Origin: an uncultured Gemmatimonadales bacterium
Lineage (GTDB): Bacteria > Gemmatimonadota > Gemmatimonadetes > Longimicrobiales > Gaopeijiaceae
Length of the DNA stretch: 64,000 bases
Reading direction: 5' to 3'
NCBI GenBank assembly: GCA_963809895.1
Contig: CAWELD010000003.1
Location: 864,001 to 928,000, forward strand
The notes below the pieces were generated by a model. It had not been told where the DNA came from and ran no database searches. It worked only from the letters and a program-made list of their open reading frames with translations. The stretch's first letter is position 1, and each line of letters opens with the position of its first letter. Shown here one piece after another: positions 18,459 to 27,726 of the stretch. Made by a program: the position numbers and the translations under genes.

Positions 18459-19379
18459 ATGCTGCGCTCCGCCCTGTTGTGGGCGTCGACGAATCCCTTT
18501 CTCGCCCAGCGGCTGCCCCGTTACGGGTTCGTGCGGAGAGCCGTGCGCCGCTTCATGCCCGGCGAGGAGGCCGACGACGCCCTGCGCGAGGGCCGTCGTC
18601 TGGCTGACCAGGGCGTTCCCACGCTGGTGACGCACCTGGGCGAGAACGTCACCACCGCCGCCGAGGCCCGCGGCGTCGTGGATGGATACCTCGGCCTTCT
18701 GGAGTCCGTCCGGGAGCGGGAGCTGGACATGGAGCTCTCGGTCAAACTGACCCACCTGGGGCTCGACCAGGACCTGGAGCAGACGCGACGCCACGTGGTG
18801 GAGCTGGCGACGGCAGCCGGTGACGGCGTCGTGTGGATCGACATGGAGTCCAGCGACTACGTGGACCGGACGCTCGAGGTGTTCAGGGGTGCGCGGGTGG
18901 AGCGGGACAACGTGGGCATCTGCTTGCAGGCCTACCTGCATCGTACCGAGATGGACCTGAACGACCTCCTGGACCTGCAACCCCACGTACGTCTCGTGAA
19001 GGGCGCGTATATGGAGCCGCCCGAGGTGGCGTTCCCCAAGAAGAGCCAGGTGGACGCGAACTTCCGCAAACTCACCTCGTTCATGCTGCGGGAGCGGAAG
19101 GCCGGGCGCATGGGTCGCCCGGGCATCGGCACCCACGACGCCCACCTCGTGGGAGACGCCCAGCGCGTGTCGTACGAGCTGGAGCTGGCGCCGGAGCTGT
19201 GGGAGGTGGAGATGCTCTACGGCATCGCCACCGCGGAGCAGGCACGCCTCGTGCGGGCGGGCACGCCGCTGCGGGTTCTGATCTCGTACGGGCACCACTG
19301 GTTCCCCTGGTACATGCGCCGCCTCGCCGAGCGCCCCGCCAACGTGGGATTCGTCCTGAAGCAGCTGGTGAGTCGGTAG
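18459..19379 (+). CDS. Monofunctional proline dehydrogenase
   Basis: RRFMPGE, SVKLTHLG, IDME, LQAYL, RLVKGAY, GTHD, EMLYG, YMRRLAERPAN. Confidence 0.9.
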   Translation: MLRSALLWASTNPFLAQRLPRYGFVRRAVRRFMPGEEADDALREGRRLADQGVPTLVTHLGENVTTAAEARGVVDGYLGLLESVRERELDMELSVKLTHLGLDQDLEQTRRHVVELATAAGDGVVWIDMESSDYVDRTLEVFRGARVERDNVGICLQAYLHRTEMDLNDLLDLQPHVRLVKGAYMEPPEVAFPKKSQVDANFRKLTSFMLRERKAGRMGRPGIGTHDAHLVGDAQRVSYELELAPELWEVEMLYGIATAEQARLVRAGTPLRVLISYGHHWFPWYMRRLAERPANVGFVLKQLVSR

Positions 19380-19381
19380 CG

Positions 19382-20605
19382 GTGACCCGGGACCAGCCCT
19401 TCGACCAGGATCCTCGCCGCTGGGGGATGCTGGTCCTGGTGTCGGTGGCGTTGCTCCTCGGCATGAGCGCCTGGTTCACGGCCACCGCCGTGGCGCCGGA
19501 GCTGCGGGTGCGCTGGACGCTGAGCGAGGGCCAGGTGGCGTGGCTCACCACGGTGGTCCAGGTCGGATTCGTGAGCGGCACCGCCGCCGCCACGCTCTTC
19601 AATCTGGCCGACATCTGGCCCTCGGACCGCTATTTCGCCGGCTCCGCGGTCCTGGCCGCCGCCGCCAACGGGGGGCTCCTGGTGGTACCCGGCTACGGCG
19701 GTGCGCTGGGACTCCGCTTCCTCACGGGTTTCGCTCTGGCCGGCGTGTATCCGCCGGCCATGAAGATGATGGCCACCTGGTTCCGCTCGGCCCGCGGCTT
19801 CGCCATCGGCACGGTGGTGGGGGCGCTCACGGTCGGGAAGGCCACGCCCTACCTGCTCAAGGGGCTGGGCGGGGCCAGCATCACCGTGGTGGTCAGCGGG
19901 GCCTCGCTGGGGGCGTTGGTGGCGGCGGTTCTGGTGCTGCTCGCCTACCGCGACGGGCCCTATCCCTTCGCGCGCAGGCCCTTCGAGTGGACCCGCGTGG
20001 GACGCGTGCTCCGGGACCGGGACACCATGCTCGCCACCGGGGGCTACCTCGGACACATGTGGGAGCTGTACGCCATGTGGACCTGGGTGCCGGCCTTCCT
20101 GGCCGCGTCGCAGGCGGCCAGGGCAGCCCACGGTGTGCCGGCGGCGGGCGAGGCCGCCGTGGACCTGGCCGGGTTCGGCGCCATCGCCGCCGGCGGGCTC
20201 GGCTGCGTGTGGGCCGGCCGTGCCGCGGACCGGGTGGGGCGGGCGCGCATCGCATCGCTGGCGCTGGCGGTGAGCGGTGCGTGCTGCCTGACTGCCGGCC
20301 TCCTGTTCGGGGCGCCGTTCCCGGTGCTCGCCGCCTTCACCGCGTTGTGGGGGTTCTTCGTGGTGGCCGACTCGGCCCAGTTCAGCGCGCTGGTCACCGA
20401 GGTGGCGCCCAGAGACGCCGTAGGCACCGCGCTGACCCTCCAGACCTCCATGGGCTTTCTGCTCACCATGGCGAGCATCCAGGGGCTCCCCTTCGTGGTG
20501 GACGCGGTGGGGTGGCAGTGGGCGTTCGTCATGCTGGCGCCGGGCCCCGTCGCGGGCATCTGGTCCATGGCGCGGCTGGGGCGCGCGCGAGGGGCGGCGG
20601 GCTAG
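19382..20605 (+). CDS. MFS transporter
   Basis: About 12 TM helices; LAGVYPPAMK, GYLGHMWELYAMW, ADRVGR, VVADSAQFSA. Confidence 0.85.
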   Translation: MTRDQPFDQDPRRWGMLVLVSVALLLGMSAWFTATAVAPELRVRWTLSEGQVAWLTTVVQVGFVSGTAAATLFNLADIWPSDRYFAGSAVLAAAANGGLLVVPGYGGALGLRFLTGFALAGVYPPAMKMMATWFRSARGFAIGTVVGALTVGKATPYLLKGLGGASITVVVSGASLGALVAAVLVLLAYRDGPYPFARRPFEWTRVGRVLRDRDTMLATGGYLGHMWELYAMWTWVPAFLAASQAARAAHGVPAAGEAAVDLAGFGAIAAGGLGCVWAGRAADRVGRARIASLALAVSGACCLTAGLLFGAPFPVLAAFTALWGFFVVADSAQFSALVTEVAPRDAVGTALTLQTSMGFLLTMASIQGLPFVVDAVGWQWAFVMLAPGPVAGIWSMARLGRARGAAG

Positions 20606-20607
20606 AA

Positions 20608-21900
20608 ATGCGCTTCACCAGCACCCGGGGCCACGGACCGGTCTCGCTGACCACGGCCCTCCTGGAGGGTCCGGCGCCGGACGGCGGCCTGTACCTGCCC
20701 GAGCGCATCCCACGCGTGGACTTCGCCGGGGCGCCGCCAGAGCCGGGTCTCGCCACCATTGCCGCATGGACGTTGGCGCCGTACCTGACGCCGGACCTCG
20801 ACCCCTCGGAGCTGCGTCGCCTCCTGGCCGACGCCCTGGACTTCCCGGTGCCTCTCGTCCGCCTCGACGACACCACGGCCGTGCTCGAGCTGACGCACGG
20901 GCCCACGGCGGCCTTCAAGGACGTGGGAGCGCGTGTGCTGGCCCGGCTGCTGGCGGCTCTCACCACCGAGGACCGTCGCCGGACGGTTCTGGTGGCCACC
21001 TCGGGCGATACCGGCGGCGCGGTGGCCGCCGCCTTTCACGGAATGGAGGGATTCCGGGTCGTGGTGCTCTTTCCAGAGGGACGCGTGAGCCTCGGACAGC
21101 GGCGCCAGTTCACCACCCTGGGTGACAACGTCCGCGCGGTCGCCGTGGACGGCCCCTTCGATGCCTGTCAGCGATTGGCGAGGGAGGCGTTCGCCGACGC
21201 CGCGCTCCGGGCGGAACACGGGCTCACGTCGGCCAATTCCCTCAACATCGGAAGGCTGTTGCCCCAGGTCGCCTACTACGTCTACGCCGAGCGCCTGGCG
21301 GCACGGGAGTGGGACGAGGCACCGCTGTTCGTGGTCCCGTCCGGGAACCTGGGCAACCTCACCGCGGGGCTGCTGGCAGCGCGCATGGGGATGCCGGTGG
21401 GGGGATTCCTGGCCGCCGTAAACGCCAACGACGCCTTCGCCCGCTACCTTGACGGCGCCCACCCGGACCCGGACGGTGGCACGGTGCCCACGCTGTCCAG
21501 CGCCATGGACGTGGGCCGCCCCAGCAATCTGGAGCGGCTCCGATATCTGGCCGGAGGCGACCGGCGGGCACTGGCCCGGGACGTACGCGCAAGGGCGGTG
21601 GGCGACGACGAAACGCTGGCCTGGATGCGCCGGTTGCAGGAGAAGGGTGGCTACCTTGCCGATCCCCATACCGCGGTGGGGTTCGCGGCACTCGAGCGTG
21701 TGCGGGCCGAGTCGGGCACCCGCGCGTCGGCGGTGGTGCTGGCCACCGCGCACCCGGGCAAGTTCCCCGACGCCGTCCGCGAGGCTACGGGCCAGGACCC
21801 GCCCGTGCCTCCGGCTCTCGCCACCGACGCCGGACGCCGGGAAGACTTCGACGGGATCCCCCCGGTGTTGGAGGCCTTGGCGGAGTTGCTCCACCGCTGA
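20608..21900 (+). CDS. thrC: Threonine synthase
   Basis: MRFTSTRG, APDGGLYLP, HGPTAAFKD (PLP Lys), ATSGDTG, SANSLN, PSGNLGN, TAHPGKF. Confidence 0.92.
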   Translation: MRFTSTRGHGPVSLTTALLEGPAPDGGLYLPERIPRVDFAGAPPEPGLATIAAWTLAPYLTPDLDPSELRRLLADALDFPVPLVRLDDTTAVLELTHGPTAAFKDVGARVLARLLAALTTEDRRRTVLVATSGDTGGAVAAAFHGMEGFRVVVLFPEGRVSLGQRRQFTTLGDNVRAVAVDGPFDACQRLAREAFADAALRAEHGLTSANSLNIGRLLPQVAYYVYAERLAAREWDEAPLFVVPSGNLGNLTAGLLAARMGMPVGGFLAAVNANDAFARYLDGAHPDPDGGTVPTLSSAMDVGRPSNLERLRYLAGGDRRALARDVRARAVGDDETLAWMRRLQEKGGYLADPHTAVGFAALERVRAESGTRASAVVLATAHPGKFPDAVREATGQDPPVPPALATDAGRREDFDGIPPVLEALAELLHR

Positions 21901-21921
21901 GCTCCGCTCGGACCGAAACCG

Positions 21922-21951
21922 TTGACCGGTGCCCCGATCAGGCGCTAGCCT
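21922..21951 (+). promoter_or_regulatory. Sigma70-type promoter for leader-thrB-asnB
   Basis: TTGACC-18-TAGCCT; ATG of the leader ORF 6 nt downstream (leaderless geometry). Confidence 0.6.
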
Positions 21952-21957
21952 TGCGAC

Positions 21958-22035
21958 ATGCCATCGATCCTCAGCAACCGCCCGAATACCAATCGCCGCC
22001 CTCCGGGGGTCGGCGGAGACACGGGCGTGCGCTGA
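21958..22035 (+). CDS. Putative Asn-rich leader peptide (25 aa, MPSILSNRPNTNRRPPGVGGDTGVR)
   Basis: Asn codons AAC, AAT, AAT at positions 7, 10, 12 with Thr11; lies between the promoter and terminator. Confidence 0.55.
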   Translation: MPSILSNRPNTNRRPPGVGGDTGVR

Positions 22036-22063
22036 CGATCCCACGCCGAGACACTCCGACGCG

Positions 22064-22094
22064 GCCTCCCGGTATCGATCCGGGGGGCTTTTTT
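22064..22094 (+). terminator. Intrinsic terminator (attenuator-like) before thrB
   Basis: GCCTCCCGG-TATCGAT-CCGGGGGGC followed by T6. Confidence 0.8.
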
Positions 22095-22115
22095 CGTTCC
22101 CACACGACACAGACC

Positions 22116-23048
22116 ATGACGGACAGACTACACGCGGCGCGCGTATGGGCGCCCGCATCGACCTCGAACCTCGGGCCGGGCTTCGACACCCTCGGGCTGG
22201 CGCTGGACCGCGGCGTCGAAATGAGCTTCCGGCCCGGCGGTGAGGGCTTCCGCGTGCAACGCTCGGGAACGTTGCCCCCGGAGCTGGCCACGAAGGAGGA
22301 TCTGGCGGTGCAGGCCTTCCTGGCCGCCGTGGGGGCCCGCGGGATCGCGCCCGCACCTGCCGGTCTCCTGAGGGTCGAGTCCAGCATCCCCGTGGGCAGG
22401 GGCCTCGGCTCGTCGGCCGCGGCACGGGTCGCCGGCGCCATGGTGGGCCATCTGGTCCGGGGCCGGGAGCCGGTCCGCCGGACGCTCCTCGAGCAGGCCG
22501 CGCGCGCCGAGGGACATCCGGACAACGCGGCTCCGGCGGTGCTGGGGGGATTCGTAGCGTCGGTGAGCGGACCCGAAGGCCTCACGGTCGCGTCACTGCC
22601 GCTGTCGCCGGCGGTGGGTCTCGCCTTCGCGGAGCCCGGAGTGCCGGTCCATACTGAAGACGCACGGCGCGCGCTACCCAGCGAGGTGCCCCACGCCGTA
22701 GCGGCACGCACCGCGGGACGCCTCGCGGTCCTGATCCATGGGCTGGCCGTGGCCGACCCTTCGCTGATCCGGGTCGGGCTGGAGGACGAGCTCCACGTGC
22801 CCTTCCGACTTCCCCTGGTTCCTGGCGGTGAGGCCGCCATGAAGGCTGCCCGCGAGGCCGGCGCCTGGGGGGTGACGCTCTCCGGGAGCGGCTCGGGGCT
22901 GTTGGCCTTCTGCCCCCGCGAGGATGCGAGCGACCTCGCCTCCACCATGGCCGAAGCCTTCCGGAGCGTCGGCCAGGAGGGAGCGACCGGCTTTCCCCTG
23001 CGGCCGGACCCGTTGGGCGCGCGCCGCCTGCCCCTGGACCACCCCTAG
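22116..23048 (+). CDS. thrB: Homoserine kinase
   Basis: APASTSNLGPGFDTLG, IPVGRGLGSSAA (GHMP), EGHPDN, LSGSG. Confidence 0.92.
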   Translation: MTDRLHAARVWAPASTSNLGPGFDTLGLALDRGVEMSFRPGGEGFRVQRSGTLPPELATKEDLAVQAFLAAVGARGIAPAPAGLLRVESSIPVGRGLGSSAAARVAGAMVGHLVRGREPVRRTLLEQAARAEGHPDNAAPAVLGGFVASVSGPEGLTVASLPLSPAVGLAFAEPGVPVHTEDARRALPSEVPHAVAARTAGRLAVLIHGLAVADPSLIRVGLEDELHVPFRLPLVPGGEAAMKAAREAGAWGVTLSGSGSGLLAFCPREDASDLASTMAEAFRSVGQEGATGFPLRPDPLGARRLPLDHP

Positions 23049-23068
23049 CCGAGACGACGGAGACCCCC

Positions 23069-24733
23069 ATGTGCTCGATCCTCGCCGCCCTGGACATCCG
23101 GGGCGATGCCGCCACCACCCGGGAGCGCGCCCTGCGGTCGTCGCGACTGCAGCGTCATCGGGGCCCGGACTGGTCCGGCGTGTGGGCCGACGACGACAGC
23201 CTCCTGGTCCACGAGCGTCTCGCCATCGTCGACGTGTTGCACGGCGCCCAGCCGCTGGAGAGCCCCGACGGAGCCCAGGCGCTGGCCGTCAACGGAGAGA
23301 TCTACAATCATCGCGAGCTCCGGGCGGGCCTCCGCGAGCCCTACGCCTTCACCACGGACTCGGATTGCGAGGTGTTGTTGCCCCTCTACCGGGAGCGTGG
23401 CGCGGACTTTCTCGAGTCCCTGAACGGAATCTTCGCCTTCGTCCTCAAGGACCGCTCCACCGGGGCCGTCCTGGTCGCGCGCGATCACCTGGGCATCGTG
23501 CCGCTCTACATGGGCCGCGACGCCGACGGCACCCTCTGGATCGCATCGGAGATGAAGGCGCTGGTACCGCTGTGCCCGACGGTGCGGGAGTTCCCGCCCG
23601 GGCATCTGCTGGACGACCCGGCGGGCGAACCGCGCCCGTGGTACCACCCGGCGTGGCGCACCCTGGAGGGCCTCCGGCGGGACGCGGCCGACCCGGCACG
23701 CCTCCGCGACGCCCTGGACCGGGCGGTGCGGCGCCAGCTCATGAGCGACGTGCCCTACGGCGTGCTGCTCTCCGGCGGGCTCGACTCGTCGGTGATCGCG
23801 GCCCTGGCGGCCCGGCACGCGGCGGCGCGGGTGGAGGACGACGAGCGCACGGCCGCCTGGTGGCCCCGCCTGCACTCCTTCGCCATCGGGCTCGAGGGCT
23901 CGCCCGATCTGGCGGCGGCGCGCCTGGTCGCCGAGCACATCGGCTCGGTGCACCACGAATTCCACTTCACGGTGGAGGAGGGCATCGACGCCTTGCCGGA
24001 CGTGATCTGGCACCTGGAGACCTACGACGTGACCACCGTACGGGCTGCGACGCCCATGTTCCTTCTGGCTCGGCGCATCCGGGCCATGGGGGTCAAGATG
24101 GTGCTGAGCGGCGAAGGCGCCGACGAGATCTTCGGGGGATACCTCTACTTCCATCGTGCGCCGGACGACGACGCCTTCCACGAGGAGACCGTGCGCAAGC
24201 TGGACCGGTTGCACGCCTACGATTGCCTGCGCGCCAACAAGGCCACGGCCGCCTGGGGAGTGGAAGCCCGGGTGCCCTTCCTGGACCGGGAGTTCCTGGA
24301 GATGGCCATGCACCTGGATCCCGGGGCCAAACGGCCGGGGCAGGGCAGGATGGAGAAGCAGATCCTGCGCGAGGCCTTCGCAGACCTGTTACCCGCGGAG
24401 GTGGCCTGGCGTCAGAAGGAGCAGTTCTCCGACGGCGTGGGCTACGGCTGGATCGACGGACTCAAGGAGCACGCCGCGAGCCGGGTCCGCCCCGACGAGC
24501 TGGCCCAGGCGGCGTACCGCTTTCCGCACAATCCCCCCGATACCGCCGAGGCGTATCTGTATCGCAGCCTCTTCGAGGAGCATTTCCCGCTTCCGGCGGC
24601 GGCGGCCTGCGTGCCCGGCGGGCCCTCCGTTGCGTGCAGCACGCCGGAGGCGCTGGCCTGGGATCCGGAGCTGGCGGCCGTCACCGATCCCTCGGGCCGG
24701 GCCGTGCGGGGAGTGCACCGGAACAGCTACTGA
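23069..24733 (+). CDS. asnB: Glutamine-dependent asparagine synthetase B
   Basis: N-terminal Cys2, HRGPD, NGEIYN, LLSGGLDSS, SGEGADE, RVPFLD, RQKEQFSDGVG. Confidence 0.95.
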   Translation: MCSILAALDIRGDAATTRERALRSSRLQRHRGPDWSGVWADDDSLLVHERLAIVDVLHGAQPLESPDGAQALAVNGEIYNHRELRAGLREPYAFTTDSDCEVLLPLYRERGADFLESLNGIFAFVLKDRSTGAVLVARDHLGIVPLYMGRDADGTLWIASEMKALVPLCPTVREFPPGHLLDDPAGEPRPWYHPAWRTLEGLRRDAADPARLRDALDRAVRRQLMSDVPYGVLLSGGLDSSVIAALAARHAAARVEDDERTAAWWPRLHSFAIGLEGSPDLAAARLVAEHIGSVHHEFHFTVEEGIDALPDVIWHLETYDVTTVRAATPMFLLARRIRAMGVKMVLSGEGADEIFGGYLYFHRAPDDDAFHEETVRKLDRLHAYDCLRANKATAAWGVEARVPFLDREFLEMAMHLDPGAKRPGQGRMEKQILREAFADLLPAEVAWRQKEQFSDGVGYGWIDGLKEHAASRVRPDELAQAAYRFPHNPPDTAEAYLYRSLFEEHFPLPAAAACVPGGPSVACSTPEALAWDPELAAVTDPSGRAVRGVHRNSY

Positions 24734-24754
24734 CCGCTCGGACCGGCCCGTCGG

Positions 24755-25156
24755 TCAGCGCCGTACGTCCACCCGGGTCAGGGCCAGGTCCACACCGATC
24801 TGGACCACCACGGTCTCGCCGGGATTCACCAGCACGGGGCGCGTGACCAGACCGGTGCTGGAGATCCCCCCCAGGGGGTTCAGCGCCAGCCGGAGCTGCC
24901 CGGTGCCGGGAAACTGGGCGCGGGTCAGGACGAAGCTGGCCTCGTCCTTGCCGGTCACCAGCCCGAGGCGCGAACGGAGGCCGTCGCGATCCAGGAAGAT
25001 CTCCATGTCGGCGTTGTTGTCGTTCCGGACGATGACCTGGACGCCGTTGGACGGCGCTGTGCTCCGGCTGGCCGTGGGAAAGCTGGCCGTCTGGCTGGCA
25101 CAGGCCGCGGCCGCCAGCGTGAAGACGGATGCCAGGCTTCGGATGGCTGACTTCAT
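24755..25156 (-). CDS. Small hypothetical lipoprotein
   Basis: MKSAIRSLASVFTLAAAAC lipobox; beta-rich mature part. Confidence 0.6.
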   Translation of the reverse strand: MKSAIRSLASVFTLAAAACASQTASFPTASRSTAPSNGVQVIVRNDNNADMEIFLDRDGLRSRLGLVTGKDEASFVLTRAQFPGTGQLRLALNPLGGISSTGLVTRPVLVNPGETVVVQIGVDLALTRVDVRR

Positions 25157-25257
25157 GGGACCTCTTCGGGCAGGAGCGGAACGCTTGGGCGGGTCCGGCA
25201 CGATTCTACCCCCCGACCCCGGGCCCGGGTCCTGTCGCCCAGCGAGAAAGAGAGCGG

Positions 25258-26860
25258 TCAGCTCCGCACTTCGAGCCCGCCGGGCCGCACCCACACCTCC
25301 ACCCCCTGGAGGCCCAGATCCACGAGCAGGGCCAGCAGCGCCGCCGGAAGGGCGCCGGACAGCACCAGATGCGTGTCGGAGAGGGCCAGCCCGGCAACGA
25401 TGGGATCCCCCAGGCCACCGGCACCGATGAAGGCCGCCAGGGTCGCCGTGCCCACGTTGATGACCGCGGCCGTGCGCACGCCGGCCAGGATCACCGGCAT
25501 GGCCAGCGGCAGTCGGACCTGGAGCAGGACCTGGCGCCGGGTCATCCCCAGCGCCCGCGCCGCCCCGACCGCGACGGGGTCCGCGTCGCGCACTCCCGTG
25601 TAGGTGTTGCGGACGATGGGGAAGAGGGAATAGAGGAAGAGCGCGGTCACCGCCGGAACGACACCGATTCCCAACACCGGGATCATGAAGGCGAGGAGCG
25701 CGATGCCGGGGATGGTCTGGAGCAGCCCCACGGCCCGGATGGCGCCTTCGGCCCCACCCGGCTTCCGCTCGAGGCCCAGCCCCAGCGGAACAGCCACGGC
25801 CACCGCGCCCAGCATGGAGAGCCCCACCAGGAGCAGGTGCCGGAGCGTCAGGCGCAGCGTCTCGCCGCGCCGCGCCCAGAAGAACGCCCAGAAGCCGCGC
25901 TCACCACGGGCGGTCGAGGCGGAACCGGCCTCCTCGTCGCGCGCCGCCGGTGAGGCCCAGACGCGACAGGGCGTCGGCGGCCACGGCCGCCACGTCCTCG
26001 CCATCCACCTCCACGCGGCGGTTGAGCTCACGCATGAGGCCCTCGTCCAGGAGGCCGGCGAGCTCGTCCAGGGCGGCCACCGCGTCGGGTCTGCGCCGCG
26101 CGAGGCCCGGCGCGGTGAGCGCTGCTGCCTCGTAGGGTGGAAAGAAGCCGCGATCGTCCTCCAGCACCACGAGGTCGTAGCGAGCGATGGCCCCGTCGGT
26201 GGAGTAGCCGTCGATGACGTCCACGTCTCCGGAGGCCAGCGCGCGGTACTTCACGGCCTGCAGCAACGGCCGCACTGTTCCGGGCTCGAGCCCGTACGCG
26301 CGGCGTAGTCCCTCGAGCCCATCGGCGCGCCCGATGAAATCGGGGCTGAACCCGGCCACCAGATCCGGCGCGGCGCGGGCCAGGTCGGTGAGCGAGCGCA
26401 GGCCCAGCGAGTCGGCGGTGGTGCGGCGCACCGCGATGGCGTAGGTGTTCTGGAATCCCAGCGGCGGCAGCCACTCCACGTCCCAGCGTCTGCGGAATTC
26501 CCGCGACACCTCGCGATACACCTCGCGTGCGTCTCCGCGTGGGGTCTCACCCAGGATCGCCAGCAGTCCCGTCCCCGTGTACTCGGGATACAGGTCGATG
26601 GCGCCGGTACGGAGGGCCTGGAAGGCGATCTCCGTGGCGCCGAGTCCGGGCCTGCGGTCCACGGCCATCCCCCGAGCCTCGAGGAGTTGAGCGAACATCT
26701 CGGCCAGGACGTAGGACTCGGCGAAGGGCTTGGAGGCGATCACCACCGGGGCCCGCGACGGTTCGGCAGCGGCGCTGTCGCGCCCGGCGACCTGGGCGGC
26801 GCCGGGGGCCGGCGGCATCAGGACCAGAAGCGCCGCGAGCCACGCCCGCCCGGCCGTCAC
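25258..26860 (-). CDS. Betaine/osmoprotectant-family ABC substrate-binding protein fused to permease, with a +1 frameshift near 25945
   Basis: SBP motifs (ASKPFAE, YPEYTGT, FQNTYA, DGYSTDG, FFPPY) followed by permease motifs (LQTIPGIAL, AARALGMT, GAGGLG). The permease frame has no plausible start of its own. Confidence 0.75.
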
Positions 26861-27621
26861 GCGAGTCCCGCCCGCTGCAGGAGCGTGGTGACGTACGCCT
26901 CGCCCGGCGCGTGTCGGAGCTCGTCGGGCGTGCCTACCTGCAGCAGTCGGCCGTCGCGAAGCACCGCCACCCGATGGGCCAGCAGCGCGGCCTCCCGGAG
27001 GTCGTGGGTCACCAGGAGCGCGGTGAAGCCACCGCCTGCGAGGAGCTCGGCAAAGGCCGCCTGCAGCTCACTCCGGGTGATGGCGTCCAGGGCACCGAAA
27101 GGCTCGTCCAGCAGCACCACGTCGGGATCGGCCGCCAGGGCCCGGGCCAGAGCGGCCCGTTGCCGCTGGCCGCCGGACAGGGAGCGCGGCCAGCGCGACC
27201 CGAAGCGCTCCGGATCCAGTCCCACCCGCCTGAGCGCCTCCCGTCCGCGCTCCTCCGGATCATCCAGGCCAAGCAGGCGAGGGACCAGAGCGGCGTTGCG
27301 CGCCACGCTCCAGTGTGGCAGGAGCCCCCCTTCCTGGGGGACGTAGCCCAGCGTGCGCCGCAGGACCACCGGATCTCGCTCCGCCACGGGGTGGCCGCGC
27401 ACCAGCACGTCGCCGGCATCGGGATCCACCAAGCGGTTGAAGGTTCGGAGCAACGTGGTCTTGCCCGAGCCGCTCTCGCCCACCAACGCCACGCACTGAC
27501 CGCGCTGGACCTGGAGCGACACCCCGTCCAGCGCGGTGACGCCGTCGTAGCGCTTGACCACGTCGCGGGCTTCGAGGGCGACGCCCAGGTCCTGCGCGCT
27601 GGCCTCCATCGACTCCTCCAT
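26857..27621 (-). CDS. ABC ATPase (OpuA/ProV-like)
   Basis: GESGSGKT, LSGGQRQR, LLDEPFGALD, VTHD. Confidence 0.9.
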   Translation of the reverse strand: MEESMEASAQDLGVALEARDVVKRYDGVTALDGVSLQVQRGQCVALVGESGSGKTTLLRTFNRLVDPDAGDVLVRGHPVAERDPVVLRRTLGYVPQEGGLLPHWSVARNAALVPRLLGLDDPEERGREALRRVGLDPERFGSRWPRSLSGGQRQRAALARALAADPDVVLLDEPFGALDAITRSELQAAFAELLAGGGFTALLVTHDLREAALLAHRVAVLRDGRLLQVGTPDELRHAPGEAYVTTLLQRAGLA

Positions 27622-27726
27622 GACACGGGGGCGGGTCCGCCGGGGAACCCTGCGCCCGACCTCGGGTGTTCCAGCGACAAGCCGTCCCTGAAATCATCTC
27701 ACCTACCCTCCACCCCGCAGCGCCCC

